Below are positions 52,742-64,000 of a stretch of 64,000 bases of DNA, piece by piece. This DNA comes from Haliotis rubra (lineage: Eukaryota), in the NCBI RefSeq assembly GCF_003918875.1, contig NW_025767022.1:682001-746000 (forward strand), read 5' to 3'. The notes below the pieces were generated by a model. The model searched no databases and had not been told where the DNA came from. It saw only the letters and a list, made by a program, of their open reading frames with translations. Position 1 is the stretch's first letter. Each line of letters starts with the position of its first letter. Both the position numbers and the translations under genes were made by a program.

Positions 52742-53787
52742 GGCAACCTGAAGTTAGCAGCGGGTTCGTTTTTCGTTATTCGTTTTTTCGAAAAAACGAA
52801 TAACGTGCCAGCAGCAGGTTCGTTATTCACTATATGTCTCATCAGATCTATCTAATGTTAGATAATCTACATCCCAGCAACTGTTTAGTTATTCAGCACC
52901 TCTAAACAACAAAAAACTAACCAGCACCGGGTTTGTTATTCAGACTCGCACTAGTGTTGAATAACGAATAGCGTGCTAGCAGCGGGTTCGTTATTCAAAC
53001 GCTCTACATGGAATATCTATAGTAATGTCGTCATTGAAACGCATGTAACAAAAGACAGCAGGTGTACTAATGTGAAAGAGATGTTGAGTTGTTCAGAAGT
53101 TCTGAATAGAATAACTAAACAGCGCCGGATTCTTTATTCAAACGCTCTACATGGAATATCTATAGTAGTGTGGTCATATACACTGCACGGTTCTTTTACA
53201 AGTGTAGCACTGTGCAAGAGCTGTTTAGTTATTCAGCACTTCCGTATAACGAAAAGCTAACCAGCGCCGGGTTCGTTATTCAGTGTATGCCCATTAATTC
53301 TATCAAATGTAAGATATATATAAAATACCGTATTTCCAGAGGGTTCGTGTTTCGTTATTCGTCTTCCGAATAACGAATAACGTGCTAGCAGCGGGTTTCG
53401 TTATTCGGTTTTGAATAGCGAAACACGACCTGCTGGAAATACGGTATGTTGTATTTGTTATCATATATTTGATAGAATTGACAGGCATAAACTGAATAAC
53501 GAAACCGGTACTGGTTGGCTTTTCGTTATTCATGAGTGCTGAATAACTAGACAGCTCTTGCATAGTAGTACACCTGTAAAATGAACCTGCTGTATTCCAT
53601 TACATGGGTATCAGTGTATATGACCACAAAGCTGTAGATGTTTCATATATAGCCTTTGAATAACGAACCCGCTGCTAGCACGTTATTCGTTATTCGAAAA
53701 ACGAACACCGAATAACGAACCTGTTGCTAGCACGGTATTAGTTATTCGAAAAACGAATAACGAACCCGCTGCTAACTTCAGGCTGCT
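52742..53787. mobile_element. Nested Mutator-like MITE (1046 bp), internally palindromic
   Basis: TIRs GGCAACCTGAAGTTAGCAGCGGGTTCGTT / AACGAACCCGCTGCTAACTTCAGGCTGCT. Perfect 9-bp TSD TCAGTGGAT (52733-52741 / 53788-53796). Many internal TTCGTTATTC / GAATAACGAA motifs. Confidence 0.92.
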
Positions 53788-55008
53788 TCAGTGGATTGAG
53801 TTTGCACTCGTACACTTTAAAAATGATCACTTAGATATGCAATTCACGGAGAATGAACAAAGTTTTTGTAAACATTTTAGATCACTAAAATATATTAATG
53901 TTGAATGTGATGCTATGAATACTTTTTACAAAATTGAAGAGAAACAGTAGCATGGCATGTTGACAACAAATCCTATTCAGTCGAACGAGAGACCACATTG
54001 TGCAGAACTGCAAGCCTGACACTGAGAAGTATGGACATAGGTTTGAAGCTTACTACAATAGGGGTTGATGCGCTACATCCTGATATCAAATTTTCAAGAT
54101 TAGACTCATAGTGACGAAAAACATTATGTACTAAAGCCTATTCGTCTCGCCCCACCGCCATCTTTGACGATTTGTATGCCGTTTCGGGATGCTATGACTG
54201 CTTTGTTGGGATGCTATGAATGGCGTTTTGTACGCTCGGCGACCGTTCTCGCGCGCTCTTATAGCTGATACGCGAGTTTTGTTTCCATTTCAAACGATTA
54301 GTCTTTCATTCCAGATGTATTGTTTTCGGTTTTAGAGGATATTGTTGTAGTTTCTGAAGTTTATGTTCCTATTTTGGTGATTTTTGTTCTGTTTTGGTGT
54401 ATATGAGTTCAGTTTTGATGATTTGTTTACCGTTTGTATGGTAGGCCTGATCTGCATCCCTTGCAAATCAACATATTTGTGTTTTTCCTGTGCTCGCTGT
54501 ACTGTTACAGACGTAGTTCAACGTTCATGCAGTAGATATCAGCACAACGCGGTCGTAACACCACTGATACTCACTCACTCACTCCTAAAACAGGTATTGG
54601 CACTTTACATTGGAATATCTTTTGAAGGGATGAACAGGATCACATTCATATTGTGCGCGTGAACATCAAATCATATGTACAACAATGAAAACATTTGTCA
54701 CATTAACAAGCCTAAAAGATTAATGCTAATTGTGAAAATTGCTGCATATTCATCCTCTGAAATTTCTCGGAAACGTATAACATCTGGTCTGCAATAAACC
54801 TGTAAGCAATTGGTTAAGTGCTGATGTATCTTATCAACGCGGCTCGCGAAGTGTAATATGGTTATCATTTTCTCATTATGTGAAGAGCGCAGATATCAAG
54901 GCATTATGGCATAACATATTGACAAGGGTTTTCCTGAGCGTATTGCTCAGCGTCTCATCAAGCAACCATTACGGAGGATTAAGTTTCTTGGATCAGGTTT
55001 ATTGCTAC

Positions 55009-55058
55009 ACTGTTCCTAAGTGATGAAGATGAAGACATCCGAAACGTGATGGGGCAGT
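55009..55058 (+). ncRNA. Possible degenerate minimal hammerhead ribozyme relic (Penelope-type)
   Basis: ACTGTTCC...(G)TGATGA-A-GATG-AAGA-CATC-C-GAAA-CGTGAT-GGGGCAGT: stem I, core and stem II are recognisable, but C3 and the cleavage triplet are not canonical. Confidence 0.35.
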
Positions 55059-56954
55059 AATATGCGAACATCAAAGCAAGTGCTGTGGCCAATTGAACAT
55101 CTACCTACCATTATGCCTCCGAGGGATGGGCAGTCTCGCCTGACTGGACATAACTGGCCGGAATCAGGCATTCTACAGGATGAATCTAAATCTACTCTGG
55201 GGGATCACCGGGACAACGCTGCCATCTTTATGCAGGAGGAACATTCTGATGAAAATACGTAGAAATTGCCCAATGTCAATCTTGGAGGTGTGTTTTCTGT
55301 TAGTCGTCTAGGGAGAGTGGGGGGCATAACTTTATGATCCCCCATCAAAAGCACATATATGGAAGGAGCCATTACACATAAGCCCACATTAACTACTCTT
55401 TAATGTCCATACACCACTGGAGCGAAGTGACTTCATGGCCTCTGCAGGATGGGTACCAGTACCGCCGAGGGAAAATCACGCTCATAGGACTCGCTGTACT
55501 CACTATCGACATACATCACTAACTGTTCAGGTACCAACAGTCTCCTCAAATACGGTTACTGGCGATGATTATTCTCATTAAAGAATTACAAATTTCGTCA
55601 CCTTTAGAAATATTCGATATCTTCCCAGGTGTGTGCCGTTAAAACCCGTCGACATTGACGTGATAATCCTCTACTGTCCGACACCCATCGTCCAGTAATG
55701 GCCGTGTTGCTGGAGTTGTCGGGTCAGTGATGTATTACAAGCACGCTGCCCCTGGGGTGTTATAGGAACTTACAGCCTTTGACGGGGATATAATGCGAAC
55801 TCGCAAACAGGGTTGGTGCTACTTCGGAGATGGGCCCAGTTATCTGTGGTGCCTATAACCTGTTGATTTACACAGAGGAAGCCGGGCTTAATGACTTGAA
55901 AGCAAAATAACTGGTCAGTAGGAAATGACCATGCCTATTAAATAATTTCGTTTGAAGCAGTTCATTACTTCAAAGTCTGTAGCAGAGCTCAACGATCGTT
56001 TAATTTGTAATTCCGATATCCGAGAGTGCTGGAGAGGCATTATCACCAGCAATTACTTTCCTACATACATCAGCAAACATTAGCAAATTTTACACTCTCT
56101 CTTCTCGACGGTAAACTAATTAAGCGGAAAAGAAATCATGTCTATGTTATTCTTCAAATCCACAACTACAATTTACAGTGATGTCAGTGCGGGTTTCCCC
56201 GTGTCTCCGTCGATCTTGCGCCAGGATAACATACATCAGTATGGAAGTTCAGCAACGCAGTTAATTTTCCTCGAATAGAAACAACCAGGCCGACTTGTAG
56301 ACTGGGACATCTCACCCAGCATAATGCCAGTCAAACCTATAATCCATGCTGTTGCTCTCACCTCTTGTTGTTTGGTTCCAAAAAATAGACACATTCCACT
56401 CTACGCCAGTGACTGAGTTCCGGTTACTCGTGTGAATGAGGAGCGCCGTTTTCTCAATGACATGCTTATCTGGAATTGTCAGTGCACCTGACTCTTGTAT
56501 CGGACTCACCGATTCCAAACGTGTTTTCAAATGGCATATGATAATTTGCTCGTTTGTCACGCAGATAAGGCGAGCAGAGTCGGACTCCAGGAATAGTTCC
56601 GCCTGTCAGGGTCTTGGACCGGGGCTCGGCACTAGTCCTTCAGGCCAGGGGCTTTCTGATGCCGGTAACCTCCTACATAGCTGGTCGTACTGGAAACATC
56701 AACCCCTATCTCCTGATTAGCACTGTGTACATGGGCTACAGAACGCACCTGTGTTTGACGTTTTGCATGTACTACATCCGTAAAGCATTGCACTGAAACT
56801 TCAACTGTCGAGGTATGACGCACGTGGATAGCCCCAAGTGCCGATATGACTGGGATATGGTGGTCGACGTGGATGGGGATTGGATATTCACCAGCACCCT
56901 TTGCTTCTCTTACGTGCAAGAATAAATGGGGATTAGGCGTCCCCAGTAGACCCC

Positions 56955-56967
56955 CACACACACACCC

Positions 56968-57037
<70 letters not shown>
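56955..57037. repeat. (CA)n microsatellite
   Basis: About 40 CA units with one interruption. Confidence 0.98.
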
Positions 57038-57038
<1 letters not shown>

Positions 57039-57143
57039 TGCCTGTCCAGGGTGTTGGTGTGACTGAGGTTAGAAGTGCCGATATTCCCAGGCACCCTTTG
57101 CTCGTCCTAAGTGCCGTAGTGACTGGGGATTAGGTGACCTCAG

Positions 57144-58310
57144 CATCCTTTGCTTGTCCACAGTGTTGGAGTGATAAGGAATAGATATTCCCTAACATCC
57201 CTTGCTTGTCCACAGTGTTGGAGTGATGAGGAATAGATATTCCCTAACATCCCTTGCTTGTCCACAGTGTTGGAGTGATGAGGAATAGATATTCCCTAAC
57301 ATCCCTTGCTTGTCCACAGTGTTGGAGTGATGAGGAATAGATATTCCCTAACATCCCTTGCTTGTCCACAGTGTTGGAGTGATCCACAGTGAGGAATAGA
57401 TATTCCCTAACATCCCTTGCTTGTCCACAGTGTTGGAGTGATGAGGAATAGATATTCCCTAACATCCCTTGCTTGTCCACAGTGTTGGAGTGATAGGGAA
57501 TAGATATTCCCTAACATCCCTTGCTTGTCTACAGTGTTGGAGTGATGAGGAATAGATATTCCCTAACATCCCTTGCTTGTCCACAGTGTTGGAGTGACGA
57601 GGAATAGATATTCCCTAACATCCCTTGCTTGTCCACAGTGTTGGAGTGATGAGGAATAGATAATCCCTAACATCCCTTGCTTGTCCACAGTGTTGGAGTG
57701 ATGAGAATAGATATTCCCTAACATCCCTTGCTTGTCTACAGTGTTGGAGTGATGAGGAATAGATATTCCCTAACATCCCTTGCTTGTCCACAGTGTTGGA
57801 GTGATAAGGAATAGATATTCCCTAACATCCCTTGCTTGTCCACAGTGTTGGAGTGATGAGGAATAGATATTCCCTAACATCCCTTGCTTGTCCACAGTGT
57901 TGGAGTGATAAGGAATAGATATTCCCTAACATCCCTTGCTTGTCCACAGTGTTGGAGTGATAGGGAATAGATATTCCCTAACATCCCTTGCTTGTCCACA
58001 GTGTTGGAGTGATGAGGAATAGATATTCCCTAACATCCCTTGCTTGTCCACAGTGTTGGAGTGATGAGGAATAGATATTCCCTAACATCCCTTGCTTGTC
58101 CACAGTGTTGGAGTGATGAGGAATAGATATTCCCTAACATCCCTTGCTTGTCCACAGTGTTGGAGTGACGAGGAATAGGAATATTCCCTAACATCCCTTG
58201 CTTGTCCACAGTGTTGGAGTGATAAGGAATAGATATTCCCTAACATCCCTTGCTTGTCCACAGTGTTGGAGTGATGAGGAATAGATATTCCCTAACATCC
58301 CTTGCTTGTC
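57144..58310. repeat. Minisatellite, 52-bp unit, ~22 copies
   Basis: CATCCCTTGCTTGTCCACAGTGTTGGAGTGATGAGGAATAGATATTCCCTAA; units start at 57196 and 57248. Confidence 0.97.
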
Positions 58311-61300
58311 CCAAATGTCGAGGTGAATATGATTCAGATATTCTCAATCAAACTTTGCGTTAATCGGTCGGAGTGATGTATCACGGTCAGTGATGCTATT
58401 GAGATGTGACTGAGAACGGCGTAAAACATACTCACTAACTCATGAGGACAAATTGACAAATGTGTCAGAAAACTAACGAAGATCTGTGTTCGATGTTGCG
58501 TGACCCTCCTGGTCACTCCGGCGGTTATGTCACCACATGCGGCAAACTGGCCTGTTAATTAATCTTCAGGTTTTGATGCCTGGCATAATGGAGACTGTCT
58601 CCTGAAGACTCAACCACGCACCTGATCACGCTATGTAAGTATATTTGGAATAGTGTATGGTAGATAACGAGGACGCATGTCAAACCTACTTGCCTGTGGA
58701 ATAAAACATGTGGCCTACATCTTTGGTTGGAACTGTCCGTCTTCGGCAGGGATGAAACACGAGAGAACAAATGACAATGAACAACACAATGAACGCATCC
58801 TCTGAACCTTCCCCACATCAATCTGAACATTTGTTTGTTAGCGTAATACTTGTACAGAAGTGTATTGCAGACTAGCAGGTGAGTGACAGTTCCAACGTAC
58901 GATATATATTACCTTCAGTGTTTCATTTAAAATATCATCCTTTGATTCATTTCAAGAAAGCAAATTCATCCCTTTTACCATCAGTGTTGACACGGTTCAA
59001 TGTTTGAACGACAGATATTCCAACCGGAATGTCTCGTGATTCAAGGTGAACCTTCCTTTCATAGTCAGTTTTTGTCACCCGAAGAGACTACAACATACGA
59101 AATGAATCCTTCGTGGTGGGCATGTGGAGGAACTTTCCACAGTTCACGCATAAGTAACATGAATGATGTCAGATACAATTCCACATTGTGACTGTAATGT
59201 ATATTCCGGTGTTGCTGTGCTGTGACGGCAACAATGATTTGCCTGTGCGTGTGTTAATGCCAGGTGCCATGGCCTAGCAAGACATGCACATTGTTTCGCC
59301 TACACCCCATTTCATATCGAGCATCATGTTCATGATTTTATCCGAATCGGTCAACGGCTTCTGCTTTCACCAGTGATGAATTTTTGTTTTAGCAAAGAAA
59401 CAATTCGCGTTTACACGTCAGTAACTAAACGTCACAAGATAGATACATGTTTATACATTCAATTTTCTTGCAGAACAAATAAATCTGTATTCCTATATAT
59501 TCAGTGTAACCCGTGACGACAACGTTTTGTCATTTATGCGGATTTACGATTCCAGAATCCAAACGAGCATGACAATACACAGACAACTGTACATGAATAT
59601 TGTGTTGCAGACGGATGTTGAATCGAAAATTATTAAAGCAAGCCATGTTTTGAACTAGTAAATATCATTTCCGTTAGCACTAACGTCGAAATAGATGTTT
59701 TACCACATTCAATTTGCGGCGTGCAAGCCTTCCCGGCACTCATTCTGAGCGGCAGGAACATAGCAGAGATTGTTCACAGGAAATTCAGGAGCCGCGTCTT
59801 CAGTAATAGTGCTACCGAACATAAATCTCGGTTTAAATCGCTTTTTGTAAATGACACTCTGATAATAAATTACAAATTAAGTGAGCCTGTTTTGCATTAA
59901 CAAAAAAAATTGTGAGATAGCTCGTGAACTAAGGGAGATAATCACCACCCGGTCTTGATAAACCAGGGTTTCTTATTAAACAAGCTGTCGTCATCGTTGT
60001 ACTGTGGTTGATTAACGGCAGGGCATGGACATCTCGCTGGTGCTGATCTCACGACCAAGCCCGCGAACGGCACAGACAGTACACAGTCGGGCATGCTAGT
60101 GCATCAACGGTTGTTTGGGGCAGTACAAATCTCTAAAATACATTTTCTCTTAATTATGTCAAATCGTGCTGGGCGCCGGTGACGATGGAGCAAGCCGTAG
60201 TAGAATCGAAAAAAAACCCTCTCGTAAGATTTGTGTCGGAAATAAGCGGTAAGACCGCGTCATCTTCCCGCATCGCAATCGAGTTATTCCACACGACTTG
60301 AACACTACGTGCGCAGAATCTGTTCTTGATATACACCAAAGAGAATAACTGGCCGGGTGCTGAGAACCCATGTCTTTAACCATTTCAGATGGTCGTACAG
60401 ATTGGATAAAAACTTTACTCTTAATAATTGTCTTTATATTGATTCGGTTCAGGACCGGAAGTGATTCGTAAGCCCTAACAAGTTCAATTATGAGCGGCTT
60501 GTGATTCGTCAAGGCAAGTGGATGCAAGACAGCCCGGACTGTGGTTCCGTTGCAATTAGTGCACATTATATATAGGTGGAAAACTGAGAGTGTCTCATGT
60601 CCTTACACAAGCACAGGAACCAGGGGCCTCCACTGATTCAGTATGAGAAGATTAAAGGAGTGGTTGTTGCCAAAACACATTACCACACAAAGGCGACGTG
60701 AAGAAAACATAATTAAATGCTTTATACCAATAATGGAACGGGCAACGTAAGATAATGAAATTTAGAATTTCACAAAGACCTTTAATAATTAGAGTTTATT
60801 TTCACCTGTTTCGCCTCTCGTGTGCCTATGTTAAAGTCTTCTTTGAGGGAAAATGAGAATATGGGAATTTATGTCATCTACTTACAACTGGTGGAAAAAG
60901 TTACTTTACGCTCCGACGTTCATTTAGGTAGGTCTGACGTTGAAAGGGCAGTTTGGCAGGTTTTGACTTTACTGTGCCCTGACCTTTTGATGGTGTAACG
61001 TCAATGTCGCAACTTGACAGTTACGTCAAACAGACAAATTGAATGTGACCACGTACTGCGCCCCCGACAACCTTCTCTCACACGACATCAACTGCGACGA
61101 CATGCCCGCTAATTGCTCTAACTTTTAGGGACTACATGTTTTTTGTGCGATCGATACCCATTTGGTTAAAGGATTACACCGCCATCATTACCTCTGCCAA
61201 CATTGGCCGGTGCAGAGCATACGCCCCCTCCAACATCTACGTGACGTATATAAAACAAGGATGAATATGAAAGTTGATTTTTCTTTCTTTGCTAACGATA

Positions 61301-61317
61301 TTACGAAAAGCATTATC

Positions 61318-61465
61318 AGAAAGAGAGAGGGGGGGGAGAGAAGAGAGGGATGGAAAGATAGAGAGTAGAGAAAGAACGAGGGGTATGGAGAGAACGAGGG
61401 AAACGGAGAGAGAGAGTGGAGGGAGAGAGGAAGAGGTTTGGGGATATCGAGGAAGAGAGAGGAGG
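61318..61465. repeat. GA-rich low-complexity tract
   Basis: Degenerate (GA)n. Confidence 0.85.
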
Positions 61466-62999
61466 TTGTAGGGAATGTTCCCTTACAAAGTGTCTGCTGT
61501 CATTTCATATTTTCAATACTAGTAACCCATTAATATCTTTGTAACGTATAATCGAGACTGGATGGTCTCTGACGTAAACCTTTTTGGTGTACAGACCAAA
61601 GCGTGTATACAACACTAGATTTTACATTGGCCCTTGAAGGCAGGGTCTTGTAATGGCGTGTTCGCATCTCAATGCCGATCTCCTCACGTTATTCCCAAAC
61701 ACTCAGTGTGCCATCTCTCTCGCCTAATATCCCAATCACATGTACAAAGCAAGTTGATGTCACACAAATGAATTGGAAAATGTGAGCTAATAACAATTTT
61801 ACTTTCAATTTCACGAATTTAAAAACTTAATCGTGGCTACTGAGTCTCGCCTTTGAACTATATTTTTCTATGATTAGATCAGTAATCTGCTCGCATCCTG
61901 CCCTGGCCCTGGCAGTAACTGCTGCAGTTGTTATTCTCACCCAACCGAGCATACAAGACAATTTCAGCCGAGTTTCCACATTATTTTTTGCTATGGTCTG
62001 AAGATTGATTTTTGTGTCGGTGTTATTATTTTTAGACATAATTTGATGACAGATTTCATACGATTATAAAAGGGAACCGCAAGTTCAAACGGATAACGTT
62101 CTATTATATTGTCAGCTCATGCAGACCGTGCATCAACAGACGTCCGTTAAGCTGCTAAATGGTGGCAAGTCGTGTGGAAACAGGTATAGGGTGTAAGGAG
62201 GAACTGACAAACGCTATTGGTTCGTGTAACAGGTTTACATCAGATTATTAACCTCACATACAAGTATTTACAGCTAAAGGATGTTATTAAACGAACGGTG
62301 TTGGAAGTTATGAAACTTATATTATATTTACTGGCATATAATTCAATTATCAGCCCGTGAGAGATTACTATGATATAACAGCATCTTTCGTTACACTACA
62401 AGGGTGGCGGAATGAACTGCTTGACGCTACCTGAGGGTATGAATGTTACGTAGGACCCTAAGCCAGGCTAAGAAGAGTAAAAGAGAATCCTTCAAGATGA
62501 GCGTTATTGTTATCACATCGCTGGAACCAAGTTTGACAGATCTTGAAGGTCTTTGTAGCATTTTGAGATCAGGTGGTCTTCTGGATCCAGTCCCTGAAAC
62601 TCCATCCTTAGTGATCAATCACTACCCAGAGAGAGGACACTAAGCCTCTTATGACAGGCATCGCACCTAAAAACTTCAGTAATCGGACTAACGGTTTTGC
62701 AGTTGAGTATTGTTAAAATCAATTTTAACCTGAAGTGTTTTGACATCCATTCTTGTTGACTGAACGGCCTCTCGCCATGACGGCGATAGAAACTATCCAG
62801 ATAATGCATCTGAATGGCTCAGGCAGTGTGTTTCCAATGGCGACCACCTACAGCTGCTCCAAGGAAGAGAGACATCGAGTCTATGTGAGTATAGTAAACT
62901 CAAGTGACAATAATTTATTTCTTATTAAATGAAGATGGAATATGATTTCATCTGCCCTACTGTATCATCTACTGTATCATACGTGGTGTGCTGTTCGCG

Positions 63000-63085
63000 G
63001 TATCACATTGGTTTGTCTGGCCAAGAACCCCTCATTTACAGACTTCCGCCAATAGGATGCTACATTGATGAGTATGACATACCAA
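63000..63085 (+). mobile_element. Highly diverged 3' half of family A
   Basis: TTGTCTGGCCAAGAACCCCTCATTTACAGACTTCCGCCAATAG aligns loosely to TTGTCTGGTCCAGACTCGAATATTTACAGACCG...CCATATAG in copy 1. Confidence 0.5.
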
Positions 63086-63662
63086 CGCATGGAGACAAGA
63101 CCTGTGAGTTGTTCCAGGTGGGGCTACATGGTGGTCACATTTGCTATTAGAATAGGCTTTGTTTCAGGTATTAACAAGATAATTACACAAACACTTACAC
63201 AGGCCTCTGTTGCCTCAAACAACAACAACAACATTTAAGTGGAGAAACCCCTTCTGCATATACCGTCTGTCCAGGCACACTAAGAGTGTACTTATCACTG
63301 TTATGTATCTGCCAACTTGAACCTTGAAGTAGGTAAACCTGTTATCTAGATGTATTTCCTTTGTTTCCAGAGACGTGTTGCATGGTAACAAGAACGTAGA
63401 CATCAAAAGGTGTGTGCTGCAGAAGCGATGATACCACTTATCGCATGTATATGTAAGATTAGCTATAATCTGTGAGGGTAAAAGGTATTCATTAGTTCAT
63501 TCTGGTAAAATGTCTTAGTATGCTGGGAAGCGAGTCCATGGAGAAGCCGTCACCAGACGGCTTTCACAGGTAAACGGAAATTACGGGCATTTCGGGTAAC
63601 AATCTCAGCTAGTGCAGAACGTGCCTAAAGCAGTCATGTATGCGTTGACTTGTAAATCCAAA

Positions 63663-63666
<4 letters not shown>

Positions 63667-63751
<85 letters not shown>

Positions 63752-63871
63752 AGTGTGTGCGTCTGTCTCTCTGTGCGCGCTTGTGTGTCTGTATGTGTGT
63801 GTATGCACGCTCGTAAGTGTATCTCTGTGGACGTGCGTGCGTTCGTGCGTGCATGCATTCACGCGTGTGTG
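63667..63871. repeat. (CT)n microsatellite followed by a degenerate (GT)/(GCGT) tract
   Basis: About 41 CT units, then GT-rich low complexity. Confidence 0.97.
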
Positions 63872-64000
63872 TTATCACTTCATGTTCATTGGTTGACTAG
63901 TATGTGATGATCGTGAGCCCAGGACCAGGGAAGGTTATGCTATTCCTGTCTAACAAACCCCATGGCTGATCTCTGGTGCTCGCTACTCCTGGATTAATCT

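Larger units (their letters stand above)
51539..54447. mobile_element. Foldback / Mutator-like non-autonomous element with ~630-bp TIRs
   Basis: 51539-52171 is a near-perfect reverse complement of 53818-54447 (GGCCTACCATACAAACGG... / ...CCGTTTGTATGGTAGGCC). Flanks TAATCTGCA (51530-51538) and TGATCTGCA (54448-54456) form a 9-bp TSD with one mismatch. Confidence 0.92.

Noticed and set aside
9181-58310. CRISPR-like arrays (26-52-bp repeats with internal palindromes)
   Set aside because: Units are head-to-tail with no unique spacers, there are no cas genes, and the context is eukaryotic.
62443-62643. ORF LRRTLSQAKKSKRESFK as a possible LINE ORF2 remnant
   Set aside because: Similarity is too short, and no endonuclease or RT motifs lie nearby.
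63605-63907. ER/SL/HT repeat ORFs (also 56632-57133)
   Set aside because: Translations of (CT)n and (CA)n microsatellites.

Overview
Repeat-rich eukaryotic DNA that appears intergenic or intronic. The SINE families (V-domain SINE; elements ending in GCGGCGTAAAAC...(CACT)n) point to a mollusc, possibly a gastropod such as abalone; this is inference from recalled repeat families, not a search result. No host protein-coding gene could be supported. Contents: (i) about 20 mini- and microsatellite arrays (minisatellite units 7-77 bp), which explain nearly all long ORFs in the track; (ii) a TA-flanked Tc1 (DD34E) transposon with a dead transposase (36094-37603); (iii) a frameshifted, 3'-truncated FLYWCH-MULE transposase (25663-26756); (iv) a 2.9-kb foldback element with ~630-bp TIRs and a 9-bp TSD, carrying a decayed C2H2 zinc-finger fragment and a nested 1-kb MITE with its own perfect 9-bp TSD (51539-54447); (v) several SINE-like retroposons; (vi) a 748-bp insertion without TIRs or TSD inside a 35-bp array. 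The insertion ends in a 146-nt hairpin whose three recurring mismatches become tandem G.A pairs, and whose loop becomes GCGAAAGC, only on the minus strand. The best candidates for new biology are that strand-specific hairpin element and the pseudoknotted, non-tRNA head of one SINE-like family.
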